Below, piece by piece: positions 1 to 12,100 of a DNA stretch of 40,064 bases. A program made the position numbers and the translations under genes. Within the stretch, counting starts at the first letter, position 1. The number at the start of each line of letters is the position of its first letter. Source of the stretch: Bigelowiella natans CCMP2755 (taxonomy: Eukaryota; Protista; Cercozoa); the NCBI GenBank assembly GCA_000320545.1, contig ADNK01000406.1:1-40064 (forward strand), read 5' to 3'. The notes beneath the pieces were generated by a model. The model searched no databases, was not told the DNA's origin, and saw only the letters and a program-made list of their open reading frames with translations.

Positions 1-1238
1 ACCACGGGGTTTCCCCGAAGGGCATTTACTCTCCTGTTATTGATTTGGCAGTGAGATGTCTGTGCTTCTCCTTGCGGAAGTTTTAGCAGCGCCCCGACAG
101 TCACTCTAGTGTTAGTACTTGAATTTCCCTGTAATATGCAGCACAACCACAACCACAACAGCCAAGCAAGTTGTCATTTTCCCCTTTAATTATGTATATC
201 TCTTAAAACACACGTTATTTTGATTGACAAAGCAAATTTAACGAGGGGGGACCGAACCACCGACCGACCTCTGGATCGAGAATATCCGGAATAGAACGTT
301 CAAGTTCCGTCATGTAGCGACTGTACGTCATGCTCGCCACGCTTGATGTTGGGCCCAAGCTTATCATCCTGTCGAGTTCTTCAAAATAGTAGCTCGCGGA
401 ATCTATCTCCTATTATGTTGCACGCATGTAACAAATGCACATTGCTGTGTTGGTAAGAATAAAAATACGAAGAAGGAAGAGGAGGAGGAAGAAGAAGAAG
501 AAGAAGGTGATATTGATGGCAGGTAGGAGACACCACCTTGTTCTCGATTTCCTTGTTAGAAAGCTCGACGGTAAGATATGAAAGGCCTTCTGCAATGTCC
601 CTTGGGAGTCCTCCAGACGTCTTCGTCTCTTTACCTTCATTAGTGTAATAGGCTTCGAGCAAGCGCTTCAGCGTCACCAGAGAATTCTCATTCTCCACTG
701 AAAGAATCTTGTAATTTTCGCTTCTGGCTGCCGACGTGGCGGTGATGTTCTCAGGCTTAAAGTTGACTACTGTCCTCTGCGTTCCTTTCCACATCCCCCT
801 GATAGGTATGCGACCGGTGCTCGCAACAGGAGGTCCGCTCACATTGCCCAATTTTCCGTTCAAGTGCCTGGAATACACACGCGTCACACACATCCACACA
901 CATACACAGACGACGCAGAGGACGACAACAACAGGTATGCGTGTGCGCCCTGCAACAACTACTTCCCAGCAGCACCCATCCCATCGCAGAAAAAGACGCG
1001 ACGGACAAAAGGGAATCAGAGCTCACATACTTCGCATTCTTCAAGCCATGCACCCTCACTTCCGTGTCAATGGAGAACGTTCCTTTCTCGGGGAGGTACA
1101 TGTCGATCTTTGAGAAGATTACGAATAGGGTGTAGATTGATCTTTGGATGATTCGCTCTCCAACACCCGCTCCTTCGTTGAATATGCTTAGCATCTTTAC
1201 GAGAACGTCCACGGAGGCTCTGCATGTGTGTGCGATGA

Positions 1239-1290
<52 letters not shown>

Positions 1291-2842
1291 TTTAGTAATG
1301 ACGCCAGCTTACTCATAACCACTTCCTTTAATACTAGAAGAAACGGAGACACGACAAAACAAGCTCTCTGCAGCTACTGCAGCTACCACTGCTACTCTAT
1401 TACTATTAACCACCTAAATTCTGATAACGTAAATGTAGCAGGAACGGAAAAGCTCGATTGGCCGGCAGCGAAATCAATATGTGCGACGAGCTTTCTCAGG
1501 GTATCACATGCGAAACCTGCAAGAATAGAAGAAAGCTCATGCCTCCTCGACAAAGAAGTCCGAGACCAGGTATTAGATGAATCCCAATCATCATCATCAT
1601 CATCATCATCATCACCATCACCATCATCATCTCACCAAACATTGACGATTCCACTTTCAACTTGTTTGACGCGTCCATTTTCCCAAGAGATTTGAACTTA
1701 TCCTCCTTGTAATCTCCACTCGGAATGACAGCGCGGCCTTGCAGATCTGCGGAAGGAGCAAGGATTTGTGCTTTTCAGAGCAGCTTGCGAGTGCATACAA
1801 CACGAAGGAAGCAACAGTGCTCACCTGGGACTGAGCCGAAGTTCATTTTTGAAGCAGCGAGGACGTAGAAGATCTGCTGAAGTAGAGCCTTGAGCTCATA
1901 TCGTCGGTAGTGATATGCCATGCTTGATACACAAATTGCGGCCTGAGAATAATACGCGTTGTGTTAGTGGATGGACGAATGAAACGGACAACCGACTGCT
2001 GACTACTACCCATACGCTCGTGGGGGCCGATCGCAACTTCGGAGAGATAGTAACTTTACCGTCTGCTGCTACTGTGCCCAGAGGAGCATCGAAGAAAGAC
2101 AATTTTAGTTTTTGCTTTTCATCTCGAAAGTCTTCTCTCATTGTCACTTTCAGAAGCTCCTTTGAAAACTGAAGGGGGGGAGCGGGGCGGGGGGCAACAT
2201 GAATTTTAATCATTTTGCAATGAATATTGGCAATTAGTCCTATTTACACGCATCATACCGTGTCCCAGTCTTTATCTCCTGTGGAGCTCAAGATTTTCTT
2301 TTCCATATTTTTAAGTCCGAGATCATCTTCTATATACTGCTCTTTCTTGCTCAATTCTGGAGCAAAACAAAAAGCACAGGACCCAACCTAACAGCGGGAG
2401 GAGAGATTCATCAGAGTATATGGACGACCGAAGCGATGCACACGCACACACGTGCGTGCATGCATTATATTCGAATAAACCTCTGGCTTTTGATTGAACT
2501 CCCTCAGCCAAGTCGATTGTTTGTTACGTTTGAGATCTGTGTATTTCTTTAGGTACCTCTAAGGGAATTATAATAATGATAACAGATAGTAATTAGTCGT
2601 TGAGCAAATCACAAATGGTGAAACATGTCAATGAAACACCTTCTCCATCTCAGGGTTGGTACTCATCTTGGTTCTCTTCCTCTCGCTGTCCTTGCTCCCA
2701 CCACTCGGAACTAATTATACAGTCAATCCGTCAGAGGTACGCACAGGCAAAACAATAGGAAGAAGATAGGAAGAGCATTCTAGTGGCATACTTAATCCAT
2801 AGATATGCATACAATATAGATGTGACCGGTTGATTAAAATAA

Positions 2843-2878
<36 letters not shown>

Positions 2879-3649
2879 ATATATATATTACATATATATT
2901 CAGAAGCATTCTTCTTAACCTTCCACAATTCCGATAATTTTTTTGGCTCTAAGTTTCAGCCCAGTGATCATGAAGCCATTCTTTGCTTTGTAACAATTTG
3001 GTGTAAAAGTTCCAGGAGTGCCGAACGAAATCCGGGTTCCCTTAGTAGTAACGAAAGTGATGGAAAAGCCTATCCCCCCCCCCGCTCCCTGCCCGCATAT
3101 TTCGACGATATTAATCTTCTCATCGAAATCAAGATGAGCGCCTTTTTTTGATATTAATGTGCTATCAGGGTTGAATCCGTGCGTTTCCACAGCCCCATTG
3201 TCAAAATGGAACGTGATGCTAAGGACATTTCCATCTGGCCTTTCGGTTCCAGAAACCTTAACCACCCGCGCCTGCTGGGAAGCGACGGTATTTTGTTTCG
3301 TCTTCATCACGACATACTGTTTCAAGGTGTTAGTCTTAATGTAGTCCGTTAGCATTTTATCTGCGGGTGCTAAAATCACACTGGAATGTTTCTCGGCATG
3401 GAGAGAAATGGTGGCTTCGATTTCGTCCAAGGTTTCCAACTTTTTCCCTCTCAATTCTCGAGACCCGTGGGATTCTGAAAATATGTTTCCGACGGCTTCT
3501 TGGACAGGCATCTCACTTGAATCCGGAAGACCGTTCCGAGACCATTCAGCCCCTGTGCCCTTGGCCTCCACACTTTTGGGTTCTCCTCCATTAACATCAT
3601 CCTTGTACAGAAACCTCGAAGTGACGACGATGTCCGATTCACCAGGCAT
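1..3649 (-). CDS. Large multi-exon protein of unknown function, 3' end outside the window; N-terminal jacalin-like (beta-prism) segment and internal SH3/KOW-like module
   Basis: About 11 GT-AG exons join in one open frame from the 2915-3661 ORF (first ATG 3649; an upstream exon is possible) to base 1. Segment RVVKVSG..LSITFHFDNG..THG..IGFSITFVTTKGTRISFG..FMITGL resembles a jacalin repeat. Removing intron 868-1030 gives EVRVHGLKNAKHLNGKLGNV..GRIPIR..VNFKPENI. Confidence 0.75.
1243..1288. repeat. (GA)n microsatellite, intronic
   Basis: Directly visible run; representative of many intronic (GA/CT)n tracts. Confidence 0.95.
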
Positions 3650-4285
3650 CGCGTGATTCACTGCAAGACGTCCACTCCCTACTGCGATTTAAATCCTACC
3701 CTGGGAACATCGTAAGTATCACACATCGGTCACATCAACACAGACAGACACAATGGAAGAAAACTACAATTGTGCTCTCAGAAATCCAATGACATGTCAG
3801 GATCGAGACGATCCAATATTCAAACACAAAAACACACGAAATTGGTGCTACTCCATGCCCAAAAGCGCATATTCCCCCCTCACCGAATGCTGAGTGGAGG
3901 CCGAGCAGATATATGAGGATGTGCGATAGGCTCCAATTCGAAAGTTGCTACATTGTACAAGCCTACACAGTTGTCGTACCATCCAAAACAAGGTGATTTC
4001 CATATTCGACTCGTAACCCAAAACCTCCGATATCTTCCGAATCCCGGCATTGACGGGAATATATGCATAAGAATGCCGATCATTTTGCTGCGAAGGAGAC
4101 CGCTCTTGCCGTTTCACCACATCTACGCCGTTTCCCAGGCATTACCCGAAGAAAAGCAACCTTCGGGCAGAAAATAGCTCTGAGATACATGGAGCTGGTC
4201 ATGGAACCCTGTCTCCGTCAGGTGTAGTGGCCAAGTGACTCCATAGGGCGTAGGCAAGATTTGGGTGGTCTTGAAGCAGTAGATC

Positions 4286-6425
4286 ATGATCCACCTGGCC
4301 GCTCGACCCTCACTGAAGAAGGTGAGGCGCTCGGCGAGTCTGTTCTGGTTTGAAAAGATCCAAGTTACTATCAAGTTTCTGCAATTCTACGCGTTGCTTT
4401 GGGTGATTGCAAACCGTTGGCCATGGCCAGCACAGTGGCAAGCCGATACAAGCTTTTCGCTTCTTTCCTGCTTGGACTTATACAGCTGGTGCAAAAAGTT
4501 TGGCCTCGAGCTCAGTAATGGGGCTTTTACTATGTTCATGGTCTTCATCCCATGTGTCGCGCTAATAATCTTTAGTGTCCTTCGTTTCACATTGTATAGC
4601 AGCGATAATATCAATCGGAATAAGCAATGCATCTCACTTTGGACGATGAAGCGTGTTTTTGGATACGCCAGCGAGATTTACTTCATCCCATTCCTCCTCC
4701 ATGCATTACGGGTTTGGCCCAATGAATGTACAGATGGCAAAATGACATATATGCGAGAGATAGAATGCAATGGGATCGTACATCTTGGAATGTCAGGAAT
4801 TACTATCCTACTGTTTCTCCTTTACGTACTTGCAGTGCCGTACTATTTCTTCTCCAAATCCCGATCACTAGAAGTGTTTGCTGAACCAGACTTACACGAG
4901 AACAGTCTGCAGTCTCGAGAGATTGAATACGTTCTGGAACTCAGCGACCTGTACGAACAGACACACGTTTGGGTTATTGCACCTTTTCGCAGGAATTGGA
5001 TGTATACAAAATGTAGAGATTTTTTCCTGAAATTCTACTTGACTTCCGCTGCTGTTCAAGGTTTCCGAACCGACGAAACGACCCAAATATTGATGTATTT
5101 TATTGGGGTCTCCATAGAGCCGGTGATAAAGATAATGTCCCTTCAGTATAGATGGTAAGCCAGATGTATATATCCGTTTGCTCTTTCGGCAATTTTTTAA
5201 CGATGAATTGCTATTTTATCAGCAACTCAACGAACGTGCTCGTCGGAGCGTATGAATGGTGCCTGGTCATTTTGTCTCTGTTCGGGGTGCTTTCCCATAA
5301 TTCTGAGAGAAACTCGTTGTTTATTGACTCAACTCTGACGATGATTTTGAGGGCGATATCTCTCTTATGTGCAGTCGTTGTAACAATACTCGTTCTCGCA
5401 TGCCTGTGTGGCGGTTGGTCGTATACGGTCTCCAAGAAGAAAACTGAAACCGTCATCGAGAAGGATAAGTACTTCATTGAACAGCTACACTCTGCTCATT
5501 ACATACTACGTTCTTCTACATTCACGCCCCCTGAGTTTGTCGATCGCGACCAGCTCCGAAAGCAAATTCTGCAATTGCATGAACTCCGCGAGAAACCGGA
5601 GACAAAGGGGCACATCCTAGAATGGTCTCTCCAGGTACTACAGACCATCTTTTGTTCCACGTCATACAAGTCAACATAGATTGTATTTGATTTCCGTTAT
5701 TGGTGTGAAATTGATGTTCTCAGGACACAATTAAGTCTCTCATCTTGTTGTACGAAAACTCCGAAAATTTGACTTTGCTTCCCAACCCGAAACTGGTGGA
5801 CGCTCTTGATGGTTTCAGCGAGCGGCTTATCGACTTAGAAACAGAGCGTGTTGTTGTCCATCCTGATCTTCAAGACTTTTATAGTCGCTTGCTTGTGGTT
5901 CGATACTTGCTTCCGGACGATTACATGAACGGCGACCGCGCAGCTTGGGAGGAGGAAACCGAAGAGATGCAGGACACCTGGCTGGAAAATTTGAAGATGA
6001 CTCGAGTCAAGTCTTTTGACTTTAAATCGTCCGGGTTAGTGACAACTCGGAACAGAACCAAATCTGGTGCGAACTTTGGGTTCGGAAACCTTTTCAGGAA
6101 CGCTGGCCAGTTTTTTGACGGGCTTTCATCCTCAAGGCCCGGATCCTCCGCTGGATCAGCCCGAGGCAGGAGGGTCCACAGAGACTCAGTTACTGTTAAA
6201 GAAGCCCCAGCGCGCATGAGAACTGTGTCAAGAATGGGGCACAGGAGGGGACGAAGCTCAGTCTCATTCGCATTATCCCCACATTCAGACCTCAAATCAC
6301 TTAAATCACAAAACAGCATTGATTTGGGCCCATCAAAGAAAGACACGGGGAGTTATGATGAAAAGAAAGGCTTATTGGATGAAGTAAGTGAAACTGGGGA
6401 AGACTACAATTCAGAGCTAGGCTAG
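4286..6425 (+). CDS. Uncharacterised multi-pass membrane protein with Ser/Arg-rich C-terminal tail
   Basis: Three long ORFs join in frame through GT-AG introns 5155-5222 and 5635-5723. Many hydrophobic segments (e.g. FLQFYALLWVIANRWPWP, ITILLFLLYVLAVPYYFF, AISLLCAVVVTILVLACLC). A short in-frame upstream exon (ATG 4189, intron 4222-4282) is possible. Confidence 0.8.
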
Positions 6426-6479
6426 GGTGTTGCCACTAAAGTTACGACAAGAGGATAAGCCTAGGTAGAGCCGTCGAGA

Positions 6480-6990
6480 ATAAATATGAGAATGCCGGTA
6501 CATGAACAATCTAAGTACGTGCATCATGTACAGCAGCTTGCCACACCCATGGCGACCAAGCTAGCAAGTATAGATAGCACATCAAATGCTAGTATCCGCT
6601 ACATCCACACACTACTAGATTGTCTAGAAATACTCATTGCGCATCTCCTGCATCTATTGCCGTGGCAGGTACCCGTGCGAGAGTGCCGCACACCGCACAG
6701 TCTAGCAGTGCAGCGCGCGCCGTGCTGCGAATGAACGGATGAGTAAGAAGCCATCTTGCTGCGTGATCGATACATGAGTCTTCAATCTCACCTACGCGTA
6801 GCGCAAACGAAGCGATATACCGCGCTGCGGACATTCAAAAATGGACATGGTAATGAGCTAGCGCAGTAACGCGCATGGGGTTGCTTAGCATCGATCATCG
6901 CAATATGCGTCGTCTGGCCGGAGCATTGTCATGCATATATTGTTCGATCGACATGTGGACACCATGGCTACACCGCGCATAACTAAGTTT
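6480..6990. other. Intergenic block rich in self-complementary tetramers (CTAG, CATG, TGCA, GATC, CGCG) between convergent genes
   Basis: Visible enrichment of these words; contains CAAGCTAGCAAG at 6557-6568; no dinucleotide microsatellites, unlike the neighbouring introns. Confidence 0.5.
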
Positions 6991-6996
6991 AGTCTA

Positions 6997-7803
6997 CTAT
7001 GCAGCCTCGCTTTCCATCCCAGATAGGAAGAGGCGAGCTTGGTCTCGTGACTCAAGGGCGATCAGCTTGGCCAACGCTTTCCGCATTTGGATGCGGGATA
7101 CCTGGACGATTCGAAAGAACGAAGAATGAATGCACGAAAGCATCTACGGGCAGGCCAAAACACACACGCTGTAATTACTGTGTCTATTATTGTAAAGAGC
7201 ACGCATTCGCTATTCTTCTTGCCCAAAAAAAAGGAGACAGACATCTATCATGTCAATCACCCGTTGATTCTTGCTGCTGCGGTTGCTCTTGAACGAGGTA
7301 TATCTGACATGTGGAAACTCCGAGGGCCAGCCCAGGTCCTGTAACGAGAGATAATGATTGCAAAGGAAAGCATACAACCGGAAATACTATTCCACTTCTT
7401 TTTTCAGCGAGCTGGTTGAAAGGGGGGGGGGGGGGGGTTAGGGGATTGAGAGGGTGCAGCATGCCGTTGTGCGAACAAGAGGCGCTTCGCCGGCGTTGAT
7501 ACTCACCTCGCGAATCCGTTTAATGCGGTCCATCCGATGCTGTCGGTCGACTATCTTGTCATCTTTAGTCAGCACGAGAAGTAAGGGTATGCGGTGCTGG
7601 GGGGGGGCGGGGGGTGACGAAAGGAGGAGGAGGAGGAGGAGGATGAGAGAGACGGGTGAGGTAGGACTACGGCAGCAGTTTCATAAGTTTCTGACGTGCC
7701 ATACTGCGTACACGTGTTTATGTAGCCAGCGAAATATGCATGATGGCGACGACGACGACGATAATGTGATGATAACGATGGTGGTGGTGATATGAACAAT
7801 GCT

Positions 7804-7870
<67 letters not shown>

Positions 7871-8201
7871 TCAGTGGACACAACTTTGGTGAAGAGCTGG
7901 ACAATTTGTTTATCAACGGGATCGACATCCTGCACAATCATAGGATTTATGATGTCAGCAATCAAAAATACATGCTAGATGCTTTGCGTGCTTATTATGC
8001 GTGGTACTTATCCGCACGCAGCAATTGCTGCCAAAACGGGATTGGTAATCGTCGTTTTCGTATGTGTAGTTTTCGCTTTTGTTGTTTGTTTGAAGGGATT
8101 CTTTGCCTTTCCAATGTCCATAAGGAAAAGACCAGCCTGAATCCAAGGGGTTTTCTCCATAAAAGCTAACGATGGATGATAATGATTAAGATGATCATTT
8201 T

Positions 8202-8264
<63 letters not shown>

Positions 8265-8282
8265 TGAAATGGTTATATATAA

Positions 8283-8353
<71 letters not shown>

Positions 8354-8449
8354 CAATCATATTGAAATCTATATGTGTAATTTTTAAGTGAAAAATACTA
8401 CCATCAACCAGCGGAAGCCAATGCGAATCCCATTTTTCCGACACCTGCG

Positions 8450-8494
<45 letters not shown>

Positions 8495-8603
8495 GTATTT
8501 CATCCCATACGCTCATCACACAAACCTTATTCTTCACTACGCTGTATCCAGGAGTGTCTGCGAGCGTGAACCTTATATATGATGGATAATACGTCTTCCA
8601 TTC

Positions 8604-8676
<73 letters not shown>

Positions 8677-9238
8677 CGCGAGAGAGGGAATAGAGAGCAC
8701 GCACATGGGAGGCAAGGACATATACGGTGAAGTACGTCTGCGTGTTTCAATTACACAGCGGGAAAGTGCTTCTTTGCTATAGATACTATTATATCTTGAG
8801 TAGTGCAGACCTCCCATTCACATCGAAGATATCAACACAAGTGGTCTTTCCGGGCTTTCGGCTCGCCTATTACATCGACGTCACATACACGTATTCATTG
8901 ACCGCAATTTTAAACATTTTATATAACGAGTGCGTGGGTGTGTGTGTGTGTGTGTGCGCGCGCGCGCGCGCGTAGGAGTGTAGAAAATATGTATATTGTA
9001 CACTACACTGAAAATGCTAAAATGGTCTCTTAATTAAGAACACGACATTGATAATATCTTTCATATCGGTCAACGTCGTAATTTACCTGAACCAACTTCT
9101 TGATGTTCAATAAATGATTTATCATGGTGCTCTTTCCTGTATTCGTCCGACCAACTGCGTACGGAAACATATGCGTCACATATCGATTCACTGCTGTCGT
9201 CGTGAATGATATGGGGTAGAGGAGCTATTCGTCGTCTT

Positions 9239-9274
<36 letters not shown>

Positions 9275-9355
9275 TTTATTTGTCACCGATCACAAATTCT
9301 GGTACGCGTTTTCCTGACACAAAACCAACCATCAGCAGGTTCAAAGATGATCCAA

Positions 9356-9394
<39 letters not shown>

Positions 9395-9610
9395 TCGCAC
9401 TACTACCTGGCGCTGATGCTGCAGCCTCCTCCACACGCTCCTCCACCTGTTTAGTGCTTGAGAGCGATGCAACCTTCCGTGCAAAGTTGCTCCTCATGAA
9501 AATCGGTAGCTTCTCTGCCCCTGCCGCCGCCTGTGAGACGCAGAGGGAGAGAGGGGGAGAGGCAGACGCACACGCACACACACACGCACACACACACGCA
9601 CACACACACG

Positions 9611-9657
<47 letters not shown>

Positions 9658-10203
9658 TGTTTGCGTATAAACAGAGAAATATCCCTACATGATTCTTAAT
9701 TCTACTGTTCTCGAGATTGTACGCTAGAAAGATGTAATAAGCACACAAATAAAAAGACTGTGACAAGATATCTCTACACAGCAGTAAAGAAAATATATTG
9801 CAACGACATAGACAACCACGGCTATCATATCATCATGTGATTCAATTTTCTCACCACTTTCCCAGCCCCTTCCTCGTCGTCATCATCGGCAGCATCCAAG
9901 TCCGCTTGTAGCCATTCGGATGTAGCACTTTCGATACGATTCTGGCAGCACCACCACCATCACCATCGTCATCATTATCCTCTTCATCAAAAAAATCAAA
10001 CTCATCATTATTGCCTCCATCCCCATCGTTTCTTTATAAAGACCATCGAGAAAGGAGAGGAAGAAGAAGATGTGCTGTGTGTATTGCACTCTATCCTCAA
10101 GATGAAAGTATACACCCACGCACGCACACACCTCGTCGAAATCCCCCGCCATGAATTTTTCATCGCCGAAAATATCGTCAGACTAAAGTACAAACAACGC
10201 GCG

Positions 10204-10243
<40 letters not shown>

Positions 10244-10561
10244 AACACACATATATCATCGTTGCAACGATTTCTCTTCTGATCGTGATTCGGATTTATT
10301 TGAAACCACAGCGGAACAAGTTTCAAGAACATATCCGACAACAGCACTTCTGATCTATCCCCGTGGTTTTGTCGTGCAATACGGCTACTACAGAAGAGAC
10401 ATTGGCGTTGTTCATCGGCTGTATATGTATTTTAGTACTACTACCGGAGAGAGGGGTGACCCGTCATCATTTCTCACGCGAAGTCCCTATTCCCACATGG
10501 CCGACCACCAGATATTAACGATGCATATAGTAATTATACATATATGATGTGTACATATATA

Positions 10562-10599
<38 letters not shown>

Positions 10600-10744
10600 A
10601 ATATTTAATTGCCCTGCTTGCATGTGTGTTTGTTCGTGCATATGTCCGCAGAAAAAGTCGATTACCAACCTCTCTGCTTTGCAGCATTCCTTTTATCATC
10701 ATATATTTACGCGCGTATAATATATATACACGCATATATAGACA

Positions 10745-10778
<34 letters not shown>

Positions 10779-11502
10779 GGAGAGGCATATAGTTCACCTT
10801 ATTCGAGACTAGGTCGAATGATGTCATCAAATACTCAGCCTAACGACACAATGCATTGCATTTACAGAGGAAGCAAGAGAGAGGAAGGGAGAGTGTTCCA
10901 CGCACCTCCTTCGCGCTCATCCCCACAGCCTTTACAATTGCCTCCCACGCATTTGAATCCTGTGATGCGTTTTTCAGGTCATCTAGGGTAGTTACCCCGG
11001 CGTCGTAAAACTTTTGTTCCATATCATCAAGTCCAGAGAATAGCAGTGCTGTCCGCATAAGCTCGTCTACACCGTCATTTCCGCTCTCAGCCGCCGCTCT
11101 ACAGAAGCTGTTTTTCCTGACATCGTGAACAACTCCTCTTACTCTCCTCCATCCTTTGCGTGCTCCGAGAGAAACGTGGTTGCACCTGTTATGTGATCTG
11201 CTCTCACCACCTCCTAAAGAAGATGGGAATAGTCCGTTTACTTTTTGACTTGTCAGAGCTTTGGCATTGGGCAGAGTACTTGCCCTGCTGATTCCTCTAC
11301 GGAACAGAGCGGGGGGGGATCTCGTTAATAATCGTCGAGGATAAGACGAGGACGACGATGTCAATGACGAAGATAAGGTTTTTCCAGATGAACCCAGACG
11401 TTGAGGTATTCCTATCACGAAGCGACTGCTGGAGTAGGGTGAAGTAGCAGCCGCGATGGCAGTCACACATGCGATTCTGGTGGCCATGAAGAAGATGAGC
11501 AT
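6997..11502 (-). CDS. engB: EngB/YihA/YsxC-family ribosome-biogenesis GTPase, probably plastid-targeted, with N-terminal SAM-like and acidic regions
   Basis: Spliced product contains VPEFVIV-GRTNTGKST-MINHLL (G1, ~9085-9315), ASRKPGKT (G2, ~8850), LADTPGY (G3, ~8560), LMDIGKDVDPVDKQIVQLF and LLVLTKDDK (G4, ~7565); stop TAG at 6997-6999. The N-terminus is hydrophobic, then Ser/Arg-rich, ending FCRAAA. Exons between ~9850 and 10420 are ambiguous. Confidence 0.88.
7806..7867. repeat. Compound (TG)n(AG)n microsatellite, intronic
   Basis: Directly visible. Confidence 0.95.
8203..8349. repeat. (GAC)20 followed by compound (AC)n(AT)n, intronic
   Basis: GAC run 8203-8262; AC/AT run from ~8285. Confidence 0.95.
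9566..9648. repeat. (CGCACACACACA)n variant repeat fused to (GA)n, intronic
   Basis: 12-bp periodic CA tract followed directly by a GA tract. Confidence 0.85.
11090..11502 (-). other. Putative bipartite targeting leader (signal peptide + transit-peptide-like region)
   Basis: MLIFFMATRIACVTAIAAATS is followed by over 100 aa rich in S/R/G and nearly free of acidic residues, switching to acidic sequence after CRAAAE. Confidence 0.6.
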
Positions 11503-12100
11503 TCACGGCAACACACACGGTGTTGAAGAGCAAAGGACCGGATCTGTACTCCTATAGGCGAAGTGAGAGAAGATTAAATGAATAAACAATTGTAATTCGA
11601 AGCTTTGGTGGCCCAGGTGAGACATAGAGGAGCGAGTGCATGGGCGCAGGTGGGGTACCCAGCGGGTGGCTGGCTTGTTATTTCCCGTATCCATTCGGAA
11701 AGTAAAAAACGGCATAATCATATATATACACAACAAAGATTTGGAACGAATTGAAGAGAAAGGAAGGGGCTGAGTACTAAGGTTCAAGGTCCACAATGTT
11801 ATCCCCACCAATGATGTCCCGTCCCCCACGAGCGTTCTGTGGGACCGCTCTTTCAGAAGAACAAAAATGCGTTGGTTTGATAGTTGTCGCACGATGAAAA
11901 TGTCCTGGATTTCTTCTTCCGGAATCGCTGCCTGCGGAACTTCTGCCCTGGGGCTTGACCTTCCAACCTGGCAACGTCAACCTCCGTTGATTCCCCGCAG
12001 CATTGTCTGCGATGAAAAGGCTCTGCAGCTGGAACTCATTATAGACACGTAATATCATATACATAATATACATGTATGCTATTACTATGTCTATTATACT

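Noticed and set aside
3848-4374. Short ORFs between the two divergent genes
   Set aside because: No homology cues or consistent splice structure; more simply a bidirectional promoter/UTR region.
9960-10070. A further GC-AG intron in engB (donor ~10014)
   Set aside because: Exon frame here is ambiguous; an alternative acidic reading frame is equally plausible.
7454-10991. ORF-track peptides with poly-HT, CV, ER, YI, D or S runs (also at 16700-17900, 24870-25190, 32100-33800)
   Set aside because: Translations of intronic microsatellites.
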